Positions 24,991 through 37,109 of a DNA stretch of 64,000 nt are shown piece by piece. The position numbers were made by a program, and so were the translations under genes. The notes under the pieces were generated by a model. The model ran no database searches. It was not told the DNA's origin and saw only the letters and a list, made by a program, of their open reading frames with translations. How positions within the stretch are numbered: position 1 is the first letter of the stretch; each line of letters opens with the position of its first letter. Source of the DNA: Selaginella moellendorffii (Eukaryota; Plantae; Lycopodiophyta); NCBI RefSeq assembly GCF_000143415.4, contig NW_003314355.1, positions 329,410 through 393,409 of the forward strand, given 5' to 3'.

Positions 24991-26783
24991 ATTTCATCGT
25001 GTTTAAAGATTCTAACATGGGGTTTTGCATTAAATATAATTAAATAATAAAAAGTAATATTGATTTTATTTTATTTAAATTTAAAATTGTGAGGAATAGA
25101 AATATGGCTATATATATAATTATAAACATAATGGAATTTTGATTATATACACTACCTTTATTTTGTTAAGCCACTCCATACTGATTTTAAAACATAAAAT
25201 ATATAAAAAGGAGGCACATACTAAAAAAAGATTGTTTTTTTCTAATTGTAAGTGGATATAGGAATAAATATATTAATTAGGGTTTAGACCCCTACTTATA
25301 TACAAGAATGTAAATTCAATCCCAAATAGGCATAATCTTCATACATATCAGAATTTGAATCATAATCACAATTGGCATCAAAGCTCTCAATCATCACCAT
25401 TAGTCTTTGGATCGCTTCTTTGCATTTAGAGAATTTGTCATCGTCCATAAGGCATCTAGCCAAGAACCCTAAAACAAGAGAATGACAATCTTTAGGGTTT
25501 AAAGGATTAGGGTTAGCTAATTTGCATGAAAAAAGCTACTATTGCAGTGGTGGCTGAAGTTAAGGCTGACATTCTATATGGAATCAAAGCTTGCGAGGGT
25601 AAAAGCATTGTGGAGAGGCTCATTAGGCCACAGGATTTGATTGAGCCTTTACCAAGAGCACATCTGGATACACCAACACTTGGGACTGCAGCCTTCACTG
25701 CGAAGTTTACCTGTAGCTCATAGCTGGAGGTCGAAAACTACCCTGGCACAAATCTCTGTCCGCGGAGTTTGCTGGCGCAGCTCTATGCCAGGGACCTCCG
25801 TTTGCATAGTAGTATTTTGGGCAGATTTAGCTCAAGCAGCTTTCTGGATATGTCTGAGTATTCATCCCACCGAGCTGGTGAAAATGATAGAGCAGAGAAC
25901 CGAACCCCAGTGGACAATTATGTGCAGACTTGTTGGCCACGATTCAAAGTTGAGCATGATGATAGAGATAGAGCCCGAGATGTTAATGGTACCATTGAGC
26001 GGGCTGCAGTGACTGGCCACCCAACTTCCCCGGAAAGCAGAATTGGACCCTCAACTAAGCGTGTAAGAGATAATGCTAGTGACTATGAACAGCAGCATGG
26101 CTCCATCCCAAGGAAACAGTATGATGTAACTAGGCCGTCCTTATTTCAATTAACTATTAACTCTTTCCAATTAATTAGGCCGTCCATTTTGGCTTTAAAA
26201 GTTGTTAAACCATCTCAACAAGTGATGTTGCAAGAAGCTATTGCAATTGTAATGGCACCTCAAGATCCTTCCAGGTATACTCCGTCTCCTGTTTGTATCT
26301 TTTCCTTTGTCTGAACGTGGACGCTCCACAGGAATTTCAGAATTTTCCGTTTAACAGATCCTGGCACAATGAATGTTATCCAACAATGTCCTAAGCGTCA
26401 TGAAGGCACCAGCGACAAGTGCAGTCACGTATATCTGGATCCGAAAATTAATTTTCAAGTCGATTTGAGATAACACCTTGTCACATAGATTTGCAGCATA
26501 CTACACTGTACTGTGTAATTTTATTGCAGCATTACCAAGATCCTCTAGCATTGGAAGACTCCTAACATCATCTCTCAGCATTGGAAGGATTTATGGATTT
26601 CTGGATAAGTCCTTTGTATTCTCCACATTAGAAATACATTTCAAAACACTTACTTTATAGCAGCATTAGCAGCTTTGTACAAGCACATTGGACGGCTGAG
26701 ATTCAATAAACAGAAGGCGTGCCATGGTATTTCAAGAGTGTCTCTTTCAGTTTCACTCAATTGCGACTGATAGGGTGAGCAAG

Positions 26784-27380
26784 ATGGTAAGAATGCTGGC
26801 TGGTCTGCTCTTGGTGCTTTCAGTGATGGCAGCTCTTGCTGCGGATCACGTCGTGAATCTCACGCCCGAGAACTTTATGGAACTGGTAGGGCAGGATCGA
26901 GGAGCTCTTGTCGAGTTCTTCATTAACAGGTAGCTCCCCCATTCAATTGTCACAACCTGATCGATTGGTTTGTTCCGACTTCCGAGTTGCGCAGTTGTGG
27001 AGCTTGTAAGAAGCTTGATCCTGAATATGAGAAGGTTGGTTTGGCATTCAGGAAAGTCAAGAAAACCGTGCTGATAGCCCATGTAAGAACCGCAGTGTCG
27101 AGTTCTTTATGATGGCTCATTCCGATTCACAGGTGAATTGCGAATACCATCCTCTAGTGTGTGGGTATTGTAACATCAGCAACTACCCAACAATCGAGTG
27201 GTTCCCAAAAGGATCAATGACTGCCAAAATGTAAGTTCCTGCTGGTACAGACGATTTTCAAGTAGCTCTGAGGTTACCATGGTTGTGTTGTCTAGTTATT
27301 CCGGAACTCCAACTAGCAGAGGCCTGAGGAAGTTCGTAAATGCAGAAGTGAAAAACCACAACAAGAAGGATTTGTATTGA
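26784..27380 (+). CDS. Secreted single-thioredoxin-domain PDI-like protein (4 exons)
   Basis: Signal peptide MVRMLAGLLLVLSVMAALA; VVNLTPENF..GQDRGALVEFF; spliced INS-CGACKKLDPEYEK; VNCEYHPLVCGYC..YPTIEWFPKGS; stop TGA at 27378-27380. Confidence 0.82.
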
Positions 27381-28072
27381 ATTCCCACCAAGTTCATAAA
27401 CCCCAAACAAGAATATCCATACTTATCCTTGAACATTTCTATCTTTTAATCAAACAGTTGACAATTAACAAGGATCACAAGCCATATATTATAGTACTAT
27501 AATTAGTGTACTACCTAACTAAGGTAATACGTGTAATATATATGTATTTATAAACCTTATCCTCCCCTCTAGAAGATGACAATAAGTCAAGTGGAATATT
27601 TAGAGCTTCCACTTAGCGATGATAAATTACTATAAAAATCTGAAGTTCTTACAAAACCACTAAATTATTGACACTTATGATTGAAACAAAACTTAAAGCC
27701 ATAGCATAAGCATTAATCGATTACAAAATCTTGATGCACCACTTGTAACTCCATATGCAATTGCCTCTTTGCTCATGAGGGTTGGGGCTTCTGACTTCTC
27801 TCTCTATGTCCCTACAAGTAGAAGTGTATCACACTTTTGTAAATTGAATGATAACCAGTGTAGCATAGATGGCTAATTTTGTTAGTTATTTCCTTGTTAG
27901 CAACAGCTGAAAGGTGTTTGAATTGGTGCTGCATCCATGTTAGACAAAAAGGTTACCCTAACTCATTTAAGTTAATGCATTTTTCACATAGTGTGAAGAA
28001 TTTTTTCTAAAGTTATTTCTTTGGTGGTGTTTTAAACTAAAGTATGCATTAATGAAGACTTCGATCTTCCCT

Positions 28073-28753
28073 AAGGGGGGCAAGTGTCACGAATATGACT
28101 TCGGGTATAAAAACATAGTTATCAACCAGTCCTTATAGACACTCTCTCCTTACTGCCACAACGACAGAAGGTTGGTATTGCTGGTTTCTTTTATGGTCTC
28201 CACCCAAGTTGAGAAATTGATCAACACATATGCACTTAGACTGGAAGGGCACTAAAAAAAGAAATCATAAATTGTCAATAAGTAAGCATACTTAACATAG
28301 TGATGAGAAACTCATATTGTTGGCTTGCACTTATTAGTATTGGGAACCCCCACGATATTGAGATTAGTCCCTCAATATTCGCTAAATACCTTGTGTATCA
28401 AACACCCTTGCTATCATGCCGTTTATGTTAGTCTCACTTTGGTCTTAAATACTATTTATGAAAAGTATCTAAATTTGCTTATTTGGCATGTCTATAGAAT
28501 GTAAAGATTGTCTTAAACACAATGGTGTTCGTCCTATGTCTAAATTCACAATCTAGAGACATTCTATATTTATTAAATTTCAAACTTGTCCCAGATACTA
28601 ACTCCTAGTACTAAGGGAAACTTAGGGTGGAAGCCCAAAGTGTGTGTTCCTCGGGGGGGGGGGGGGCGGCGAGGTGGGGGGAGGTAGGGGGTTTTGAATA
28701 TATAGTATGAATAGTGGGTAGGTCAGGTATGGCTGACCAACTTGAAGTATAGT
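28073..28753 (+). mobile_element. Polypurine tract plus truncated 3' LTR (same family as the LTRs at 57.9 and 60.3 kb)
   Basis: AAGGGGGGCAAG precedes TGTCACGAATATGACTTCGGGTAT at 28085. Colinear with 57893-58563 and 60311-60975; similarity stops at about 28753. Confidence 0.85.
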
Positions 28754-30465
28754 AGGGATAGTAAGGTCTAATAACCAATTTTATAGGAACCTTTCAACAG
28801 TGCACCTGAACTAACTTGAGGTTGAAATTAAAGCTTAAGGGCTTAGATAAAAGTGAGCATGGACTCAAGTGGTGCAAAAGGGGCCACCCAAGGAAATGCT
28901 TAAGAGCAACTCCCACTCCCAACAAAGAAACCGACTATGGTACTTTTGGCTTATGTGAAGTGGTGTCTTAGTTGAGTATTCTGCAACTCATTGGTCCTCG
29001 CCCTTTCTAAAGGCTTGGGCCTTCTCTTCCGAATGGAAGTGGGGGGTACCCATACTAGGCCGTTAGGCCATAATGTTTCCTTTGGTGTCCCGAAGCAAGT
29101 GTTGCATCTAAAGCTTAGGATTTAAAGGGTTTTATGACCAAGTTTTGTTGTACCAAGGGATGTTAAGAACTTAGAGGCTTAATGTGTTTAATTATTTGTG
29201 CCTACGGGGAGTGTAGCCAAACTTTAAATTCAATATAATCCAGAGAGGAGGATTGGAAGAAAATTTAGAAATCCGTGGATAGATAGCTAATGCTCTATTG
29301 TTTATGCAATGAGTTGCTAAAACCAAATAAAACCAAGTAGAAGCTAGCACAATAAAATAGAACTTTGGCGAGAGAACTTAATTAATGCCAAGGCCGTGGT
29401 GATTGAATAAATAAAGTAAGTTAACAAATTGAAAAGGAAAAATTTATAGCTTACACTAGTACCACTTATAAATCCTTCAATGCCTCTTCTTAATATTCCT
29501 TTAGATCCCAGCCCATCAACTAAAAAACTCTTAGTGCTTTCCATCCTTTTGAGAGGAAGGGATGATATGAACTCTAAATATATAGTTATGATGTTATATA
29601 TTAATATTAACATAGTGGGATTTTAATAGCCGTTAGATTGGTTTCAATCTAGACCACTCACTCTTGTATATAAATTATAGTTTTTGGGCTAATTGATATG
29701 TATATTTCTATATTCCATTTCCATATTCCATGCACTCATAGTTTTAATTTTGCATAACCATGTAATGCATGGAAAAGAAATCAAGTATAAATTTTTTATG
29801 TTTTGTATACCAATCTAGTTTTGACATAATTTTCTAGTAAAACAGTGGTAAAATAAATTATTATAAGTAAATTTATTTAAAATGGAATGTTAATATTCTT
29901 TTATCCTAAAGTTTATTGCATTGATGCCACCATATTGAAAAGTTAATATTCTATAGTGGCTTGAAATCACTAAAATCAATTATTTAGATTACTTTGTTAA
30001 TATTTTTACTTCCATTTCAACTTGATAAAAAATTCTTGCTGAATTTATTATATTTAACTAATGTTTTTAAAAAATTCATTAAATTTGTTTTAACTTATTA
30101 AATAAAATTTGTTTTCTATAATTTTTTTGGCAATTGACAGATTACATTTTAAAATACCTTCTTATTAGTGGGTCCAACAATTAACATACATTTAGATCAA
30201 GCTATACCCCACATAAATGAGCTTATCAAATTAATTAATAATTAATCAACCAATAGAGCATATTCTTAGATGCGGTGTTTAGTGAAGAACATCCACAGCA
30301 ATTAGGTAAAACCCGTTTTATACCCTTAAGAAAGCGCACCCTAGTTGTTCTTGTGAATCAATCCAATGGAGAGTGAAAGGAATGGAGCTGCTCCTGCCGT
30401 AGCAACTGCCGGATCTGGCGCAATTGAATGATCTGTGAGATTGAGGGTTTCCCGATCGGGGCAAA

Positions 30466-31527
30466 ATGCCGCAGCCAGACGCGCTCGACGCGCTGGACCT
30501 AGTCGAGCAGGGTTTAGGTGCCAGGAATTCGCCGCTGGAGCAGCAGTCGGCCCATCATCACCAGCAGCATTCGTCCAAGAGCGTCAAGATCGATAGGTTC
30601 CTGTGGTTGCGCCGGATCTTCCTCCTGGCTCTCATTTTCACCGCCTCCTTGTCAATGTTGGTGGCCCTCTTGTTCTCGCTAGCCCGAGTCAACAGCACCA
30701 GCCTTGGTCGTGGCGGCGGCGGCGGCTGGGAATTCATCGAAATCTCGCGAGAGCAGCAGCAGCAGCTCTTGAATCTCAGATTCCCCAGGAACATCGACGA
30801 GCTGCGATCGCTCCGGGAGGCCTTGGGGAATTACCAGCAGCAGCACCGCCAACTTATCAAGCTCGGCATCATTTGCCTCTACTTGTTCCTCCAGGCATTC
30901 ATGCTCCCCGGCTCCATCTTCCTCAACATTCTCGCTGGATCGTTTTATAGTTTCTTCGAAGCTCTGTTCCTTGTCACGGTAAAGGATCGATCAAAACCGT
31001 TTTTTTTTTCTTGGACCTTGACGAGTGAGATGTTTCCAGGTTTTGGCGACTCTAGGATCTTCGCTGTGCTACATGCTGTCGCGCTTTATTCTCAAGGACA
31101 TTGTTTACTACTACTTCCCGGAACGTTGCGATCGCCTCGCCAAGGAGGTCCACTCTCACCGCCACAACTTACTGAATTACGTGCTTTTTCTCCGGATCAC
31201 CCCGCTGCTTCCAAACTGGTTCATCAATGTCGCGTCTCCGCTGGCTGCTGTGCCTTTCAGGTGATTTGATCTGGAGAACTTTGGAGGAGCTCTCTCTGAT
31301 AGTATGATCATTGTGGTGGCAGGGAGTTTTTTCTTGGGACCTTTGTCGGTGTCATCCCGGCGGGCGTGGTGGCTGTCAAGGCGGGCAGAATTTTGTCGCA
31401 GCTCAATTCCCTCAACGATCTCTACGACTCGCGCACCCTGGCTGCGCTCTTCTTTCTCGCTTTTCTCGTCATCCTCCCCGTGGTTTTCAAGCGCAGGGAG
31501 CTCCGAAACGCCGCCAAGGCAACTTAA
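30466..31527 (+). CDS. SNARE-associated/VTT-domain membrane protein (TMEM41-like), 3 exons
   Basis: LRFPRNIDELRSL; YLFLQAFMLPGSIFLNILAGS; YVLFLRITPLLPNWFINVASP; stop TAA at 31525-31527. Confidence 0.9.
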
Positions 31528-31859
31528 TTCTTTCTCTACACTGACACTATACATCTATCGATCGCACTGTTCTTAGTAGGAAGAACGCGACGTGGATATG
31601 AGCGAGACACTAAACTACACTTCCCAAGCGAGTAACGTTTTTCCTTTTCTCTTTTCTCGTACTAACGCAGCTCGTTCAATCTGTGTTGGTAAGTTTGATC
31701 TTACGACAGAGATTCGTGTTTACGCGACTTGACCTTGATACAGGATCCTATACTTTCGCATCCAGAAATTTTCGATATGCTGTGACGAGTAGCAGCTCCA
31801 CAGGACAGGCCTGTGGAACTCAGTGTTCATGGCGATTTGAAGCCATCGCGTGCCATGGT

Positions 31860-32400
31860 TACAAGCGAAGAGCAGAGTTGCAATCCGCTGTGATCATTCC
31901 GTCCCAGGAAATAAAGTCTGTTGCCACGGAACTTCGCGCGCATAGTTTTCTTGTCACATTGTACGTGACGCGAGCTATTAGAATGTCATAGGCAGCAGTG
32001 CAGGAAACGAGGTCCCCTTTCCTATAGCATGATGGTTCCAGTATTATCGTCCTTGCCTCACTCAAGTCCTTTGACTTGACGGGCGTATGCTGACAAGAGC
32101 ACAGACCAGGAAACAAGATCCGTTTCTGTGAACAAGTCGAAGCTCTCCTTCGCTGCTTCTGGAGGTCATTTCTGTCTGTAAACCGCAAGAATGTATTCCA
32201 TGAACAAGACTGTCCTGGGGCATCGAATCAAACGGCCTCAACAAGATGCCTTGTGCTCGAAGAAGAATGTTCAAAGAAACGACGCTCGACTGTGGCATCG
32301 CGCGAAAAGAATTCCCGTGCCTGGTCGAGCTGATGTTCCAGGAGAAGACGTGGCGTCGCATACATCTGTGGATGAGAACATTCTGGACGAATCTTCCCGA
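31860..32400 (-). pseudogene. Degraded PLS-PPR fragments
   Basis: Broken motifs FRAMPQSSVVSLNILL, FDSMPQDSLV and DLVSCTA in different frames. Confidence 0.5.
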
Positions 32401-32691
32401 TCGACAGATGCTCGGGAGTTGCCGATGAATGTCACCCTGCTGCCGTGATGGAGCTGCGGTAGCTTGCCCAGCGCATCTTCCACATCCTCTATCGATTGGG
32501 CATCCAACCCCAGGAGCAGGAGAAGAAATCGTTTTGAAGGCCTGCGTACATTTCCATGCAAGGAACCAGAGCTAAAAAGAATGTCTTGCAGGCTTGCCCT
32601 CTTCTCTTCTTCGTGAGTATATTGTGCTGTGACTGGCGGGAGAATAAGACGGAGAATAAGATCGACAAGGAGGCAGGCAAACCCTCGCAAA

Positions 32692-33430
32692 ATGGAGAAG
32701 GGAAGAGGCAAGGCCGATGGAAGTACTAGGTGCTTGTACAAGGTATTGAGGGATTCATTGCTGCTTGCGACTGCTTGTGATCGTTTGTGGGTAGATCCTC
32801 GGAGTGGAATACGTAGCATCGACCAAGGAGATCAGAAAGGCATACATTAAGCACACACTGGAGCTGCATCCCAACAAGAATCCGGAAGACAAGGTTTAGA
32901 TTCTCATCTAGCATTTCTTTTTGAAACTGAGCTCTTGTTTCCCTCGCAGGACACCATGAAGAAGTTACATGACGCTTTTGTGATCTTGGGAGATCCTCAG
33001 AAGAGAGCACTCTATGATGGAATGGGTTGTGTTGTAAGTTCTTTTTTATTCTTTTGTTTCTTTTCTCTCTTTGGTTATTCATCCTTGTTTTTTTTTCCCT
33101 AGGAATCAGGAGATTGTCGCGCATCACCGTATGACTGTTGTAGGAGAAGAAATGAGGTAAGTGATAGCTTTATAATCATCATACTTCTTACAATAATTTT
33201 TTTTTATAGCATGTTACTCTCGACAACATCGAAAGTTTTTGTGAGCACCATAGAGGTTCAGAGGCCGAGGTTAAAGATCTCAAAGGTCTCTATATGAAAC
33301 ATGGAGGCAATATGGACAAGTAAGTGAACAATTTCCATGCATACTTCAAATGTTTTGATGCAGAGTGTTTGCTAACCTCATGTGCTCGGAGCCAAGGGAG
33401 GATTCTCATCGTTTTATGGAAGTGCTATAA
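32692..33430 (+). pseudogene. Truncated DnaJ (DNAJC9-like) gene with HPD changed to HPN
   Basis: Spliced frame CLYK/ILGVEYVASTKEIRKAY..LELHPNKNPEDK..LGDPQKRALYD..RGSEAEVKDLKGLY..CSEPREDSHRFMEVL*. C-terminal third is missing. Confidence 0.75.
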
Positions 33431-33787
33431 TCATACATTTAATCCTAAAGCTTACTTCCTTCGTTTAAATTAGGCGCAAAGTAATATCGGACTTGGGCAA
33501 ATCAATTCCAGTAAACTTAGATTGAAGCCTTTATAGCAAGTGCCTCGATATTTGTTTAAAGATGTAATACATTTTTAGGTGTGATAGTTTTTCAATGTTG
33601 ACGAGCTTTCGTAACTTCAAAGACATCACCCTTGTATCAACGAAGTGATTGTCAAACTTGACGGTGTCTTGTCTCTGCGCGTTGCCTTTGAGAGGGCAGT
33701 GTGCTCGAGGCTGCGAAGGAGAGCCTGGTCGATGCTGTGATCTGGTTGTCTCTGTTGGCCAGGGGTCGCAGTCACGCTGTCTCGACG

Positions 33788-33851
33788 ACCAATACGAACT
33801 TCCATCCAGTTTAATTCCTACCAATACGAACTTCCATCCAGTCTAATTCCT
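33788..33851. repeat. 32-bp tandem duplication
   Basis: ACCAATACGAACTTCCATCCAGT(T/C)TAATTCCT twice, one mismatch. Confidence 0.9.
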
Positions 33852-34203
33852 GCCACACAGGCAACCTTCTCGTCAATGACTTCGAAGCCACGAGGTTGGG
33901 ATTGGGGTTCAAAGTAGATGGAAGCATCACATCCCTGCAAACATTCGTCTTGTCAAAACATGGAACAGAGGAACAAGACGCTGGGAACCAGTCAAAGACG
34001 CTAGAAAAGAATGGGAAAAACTTACCAGAACGAAACAATCGTAGAGAACGTTTGAAGCTGTACAGCCTGCTGCAAAACATTTTTCACTATGGACTCGGCA
34101 GCCACGTTGTAGAAGCCGGGCCGCAACACAGTATTTCCCTCAGAAGTCGCACCAGTGCGGGATGGGAATGGCAAACCCCCTGGGAATGGAAAGCCTATAG
34201 ACT

Positions 34204-34557
34204 GGATCAAAACGGCTATAAAACTTAGGCAGTTCTGGGTTGATGCTCTAGAATTCTCAGGCCCAGTGGACGAGGACCAGTCTTGTTGTCAAGTCATGCA
34301 CGCTCTCCATGTACTCACCAGAAACTCGAAGATCGACCTCCACAATTCTTCGTTGCTTCGCCACAGCATGCAGTTGCTGTCCCGACATATCCCGGATCAA
34401 AACGGCTATAAGACTTATGCAGTTCTAGGTTGCAGAGGACCAGTCTTGTTGTCAAGTCATGCACGCTCTCCATGTACTCACCAGAAACTCGAAGATCGAC
34501 CTCCACAATGCTTCGTTGCTTCGCCTGCTGTCCCGACATATCCCGGATCAAAACGGC
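34204..34557. repeat. Imperfect tandem duplication with units of about 163-190 bp
   Basis: GGATCAAAACGGCT occurs near 34204, 34394 and 34544. GAGGACCAGTCTTGTTGTCAAGTCATGCACG...CTCCACAAT occurs twice. Confidence 0.9.
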
Positions 34558-34720
34558 TGCTTCTTCTCCGCCAGCTTGCGGAGCTCCTCCCCGCCGGCCT
34601 GTCCACCTTCGCAGGCGTCCAGCTCGGGACTTCCATACGTCATCGCCAGCTCCTCAAACCCGGAAAAAATGGAAGCACGCGCTGAGAATATTAGAATCTT
34701 TTATGGATATTCTCGTCAAC

Positions 34721-34820
34721 TAAATAAAGGACAAATAACACGGAATGCTATAATGTCTTCTCTCCTAAACTAAATAAAGGACAAATAACACGGAATGCTA
34801 TAATGTCTTCTCTCCTAAAC
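34721..34820. repeat. Perfect 50-bp tandem duplication
   Basis: TAAATAAAGGACAAATAACACGGAATGCTATAATGTCTTCTCTCCTAAAC twice. Confidence 0.95.
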
Positions 34821-35049
34821 AAACGAAAGACCTAAGAAATCCAAGTCAACCAGCTGGGTTGATGGGTCTTAGCTAAAATCTCCATAGGGATTAGGCCACC
34901 TTCCAATATTAGAATTCTGTAAGGCATTCTTGCAAATCATTGATTCAACGTTTCAATTCAGCTATTTTACACCAGATTCCTACACCCCTTTTGTGCAAAC
35001 TCCAACCGTGCTCAAGTATCGAGCAATGAAAGTGCAGCACTGCTTGGCA

Positions 35050-37000
35050 ATGATATTAAGGTCGATGGTTTGAAATAGACTGAACTTTTATTTAGGATCA
35101 GATTGCTGAATTCAGGAGTAAAATATCATCCCAATTTAATAGCATCAAACAAAAAGCTTCCACTCACGAACAACAAGTGTTTCGATGAAGGCTAAACACT
35201 TGTCAACGTTCACAAATGTCTACAATGTCACATGTTCATTTCCTAGGTTGGCTCCTTCAGTGTTGGTAACACTGTGGTATAAGATGGACGGGACCATTAA
35301 AAACTCTTATTTGCACAGGGTGGATGTCAAGGGATTTCTCGTCTGCGGACATAATGATGATCACCATGTCAACACTAGTTGCAGTGACGAAGCACACTCC
35401 CTTTCTCAGACAAACAATTGACACGTAGTCCAATGTTACCCGCTCGAAGCCTAAGTCCAAAACTTTCTTTACAGCGTCGGCTTCTTCCATAGTCATACGC
35501 TCGACAAAATCCTTGAACCCCCACCTCATGTCTGCAATGTACGAGTCCCTTCTCCTTCTGTAAAGTGCTGGCTCAGGTGTACCTTTGGCAACAAACCTGG
35601 CCAGTTGTCATGGTATGAGACCAGTGTAAAATAGGAGATCGTTGACGTCTAGTTCCTTGAAGTTATAGCCGGCTAAGCCAGGAAGTGAACTCTTCGTTGT
35701 CAAATGGCTCATTGAATGGAGGAAAAAGACCAATATCCGTTGCTATGAACTCACCCTTATACGTCGTGCACCAGACAGCTCTACATCTGTTGACAATCCA
35801 GCTCAGATATTCTCTCGCAACTTGACGATCCTCTTCATTGTATACTGATTGACATCGACGTCCAGAGCATTTCCGTCTTGCAAAACTCTTCGATCTTTCC
35901 CATGGTGTCACATTCCAGAATTTCCAATTGCTTCCAAAACATACGTCAGCTTCGCCGCCGACTGAACCAGCTCTGACAAAAGAATATAAACGATCACTGC
36001 ATTCTCGCTCGTAAGTGTAGAGATAGCTCGCCAGGGCATGTTCTCCACAATTCTTCGTTGCTTCGCCACAGCATGCAGTTGCTGTCCCGACATATCCCGG
36101 ATCAAAACGGCTATAAGACTTAGGCAGTTCTAGGTTGCAGAGGACCAGTCTTGTTGTCAAGTCATGCACGCTCTCCATGTACTCACCAGAAACTCGAAGA
36201 TCGACCTCCACAATGCTTCGTTGCTTCGCCAAAACATACGACTTGCCTCTACCCGGATGTCCTTGGAAGTGGATATCACTTTGAACCTTGACTTCTTTGA
36301 GTAGAGACCGGAGCTTTGGACGGCCAACGTAAGTAAAGGACAGCGGTGGAGAGAACAATGTGTCTGAGAAGCACGGAATAGTCAAGCTCGACAGATTGCA
36401 AAGCTGCATCAAGCCCTCCTCTCGGTTTAAGTTGCTGAATTGCTGCACGATTTTCTTGTGCCGCTGCCACGCCTTCGAGGCAAGGGAAACTTGTTTGCCA
36501 ACGTGACGAAGTGAGGAACAAAGTTTGATTGGCTAAAGATTTTTAAACACAGTTTAGTACCTGTTTGGGGGACTGGAAGCATGTCTGGCAAGAGCCATCG
36601 AAAAACTTCCAGCCTGTGGAGATAGTAAGAAGGTGACACGTCTTTAAATGCTTGCAAAACTTCCCGTGCTGCCGATGGTGGCAATAGCTTGTGGAAGAAC
36701 TCGTTCGGATCGTTGATTTCCTCATAGAGCCAGGATAAGATTTCTGGTTCCTCCACAGTAACACCTTGCTCCCTTCCTGACGAGTCAGGTCCGTCTCTTA
36801 TACCAACTACAGCTTTCTCCACTAGATCCTTAGCGTGCTCACCAATTTTCAATCCCTGCTCCTGAAGACTTTTTCTTTCTATGCCTCGACCCATCACCTG
36901 CCTCATCCTCGATCCATTATAAACCCCAAACCCTTTCTATCCTTGATGCCATTAAAATGTGCACATGTTTTAACTTGACTGCTTCCTCAGGTGGTGCACC
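35050..37000 (-). pseudogene. Degenerate Crinkler/CR-type gene: SAM-like header plus P-loop NTPase
   Basis: SAM-like EDEAGDG..RKSLQEQGLKIG; FTYVGR; Walker A GHPGRGKSYVLA/ALASYL; YTGLIP*QL. Several frameshifts and stops. Confidence 0.6.
36043..36230. repeat. 188-bp direct copy of 34338-34525
   Basis: Same orientation, one mismatch by eye (TTATGC vs TTAGGC). Confidence 0.95.
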
Positions 37001-37109
37001 CTTTGAATTCGATTTGAATTTGAATTGACAAAAGAAGTATATACATGGCCCACGATCACTTTTGTGATCATTAAGCCGCGAGCTTAGAAAAAGACTCCAA
37101 AGAGGGAAT

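Noticed and set aside
25500-26320. Short overlapping ORFs
   Set aside because: No motif or consistent exon chain that I can support.
34204-34557. CRISPR-like array
   Set aside because: Whole units are duplicated, there are no unique spacers or cas genes, and the context is eukaryotic.
36038-36230. Intein in the NTPase
   Set aside because: No N-terminal C/S or C-terminal HN followed by C/S/T, too short, and the DNA is a local copy.
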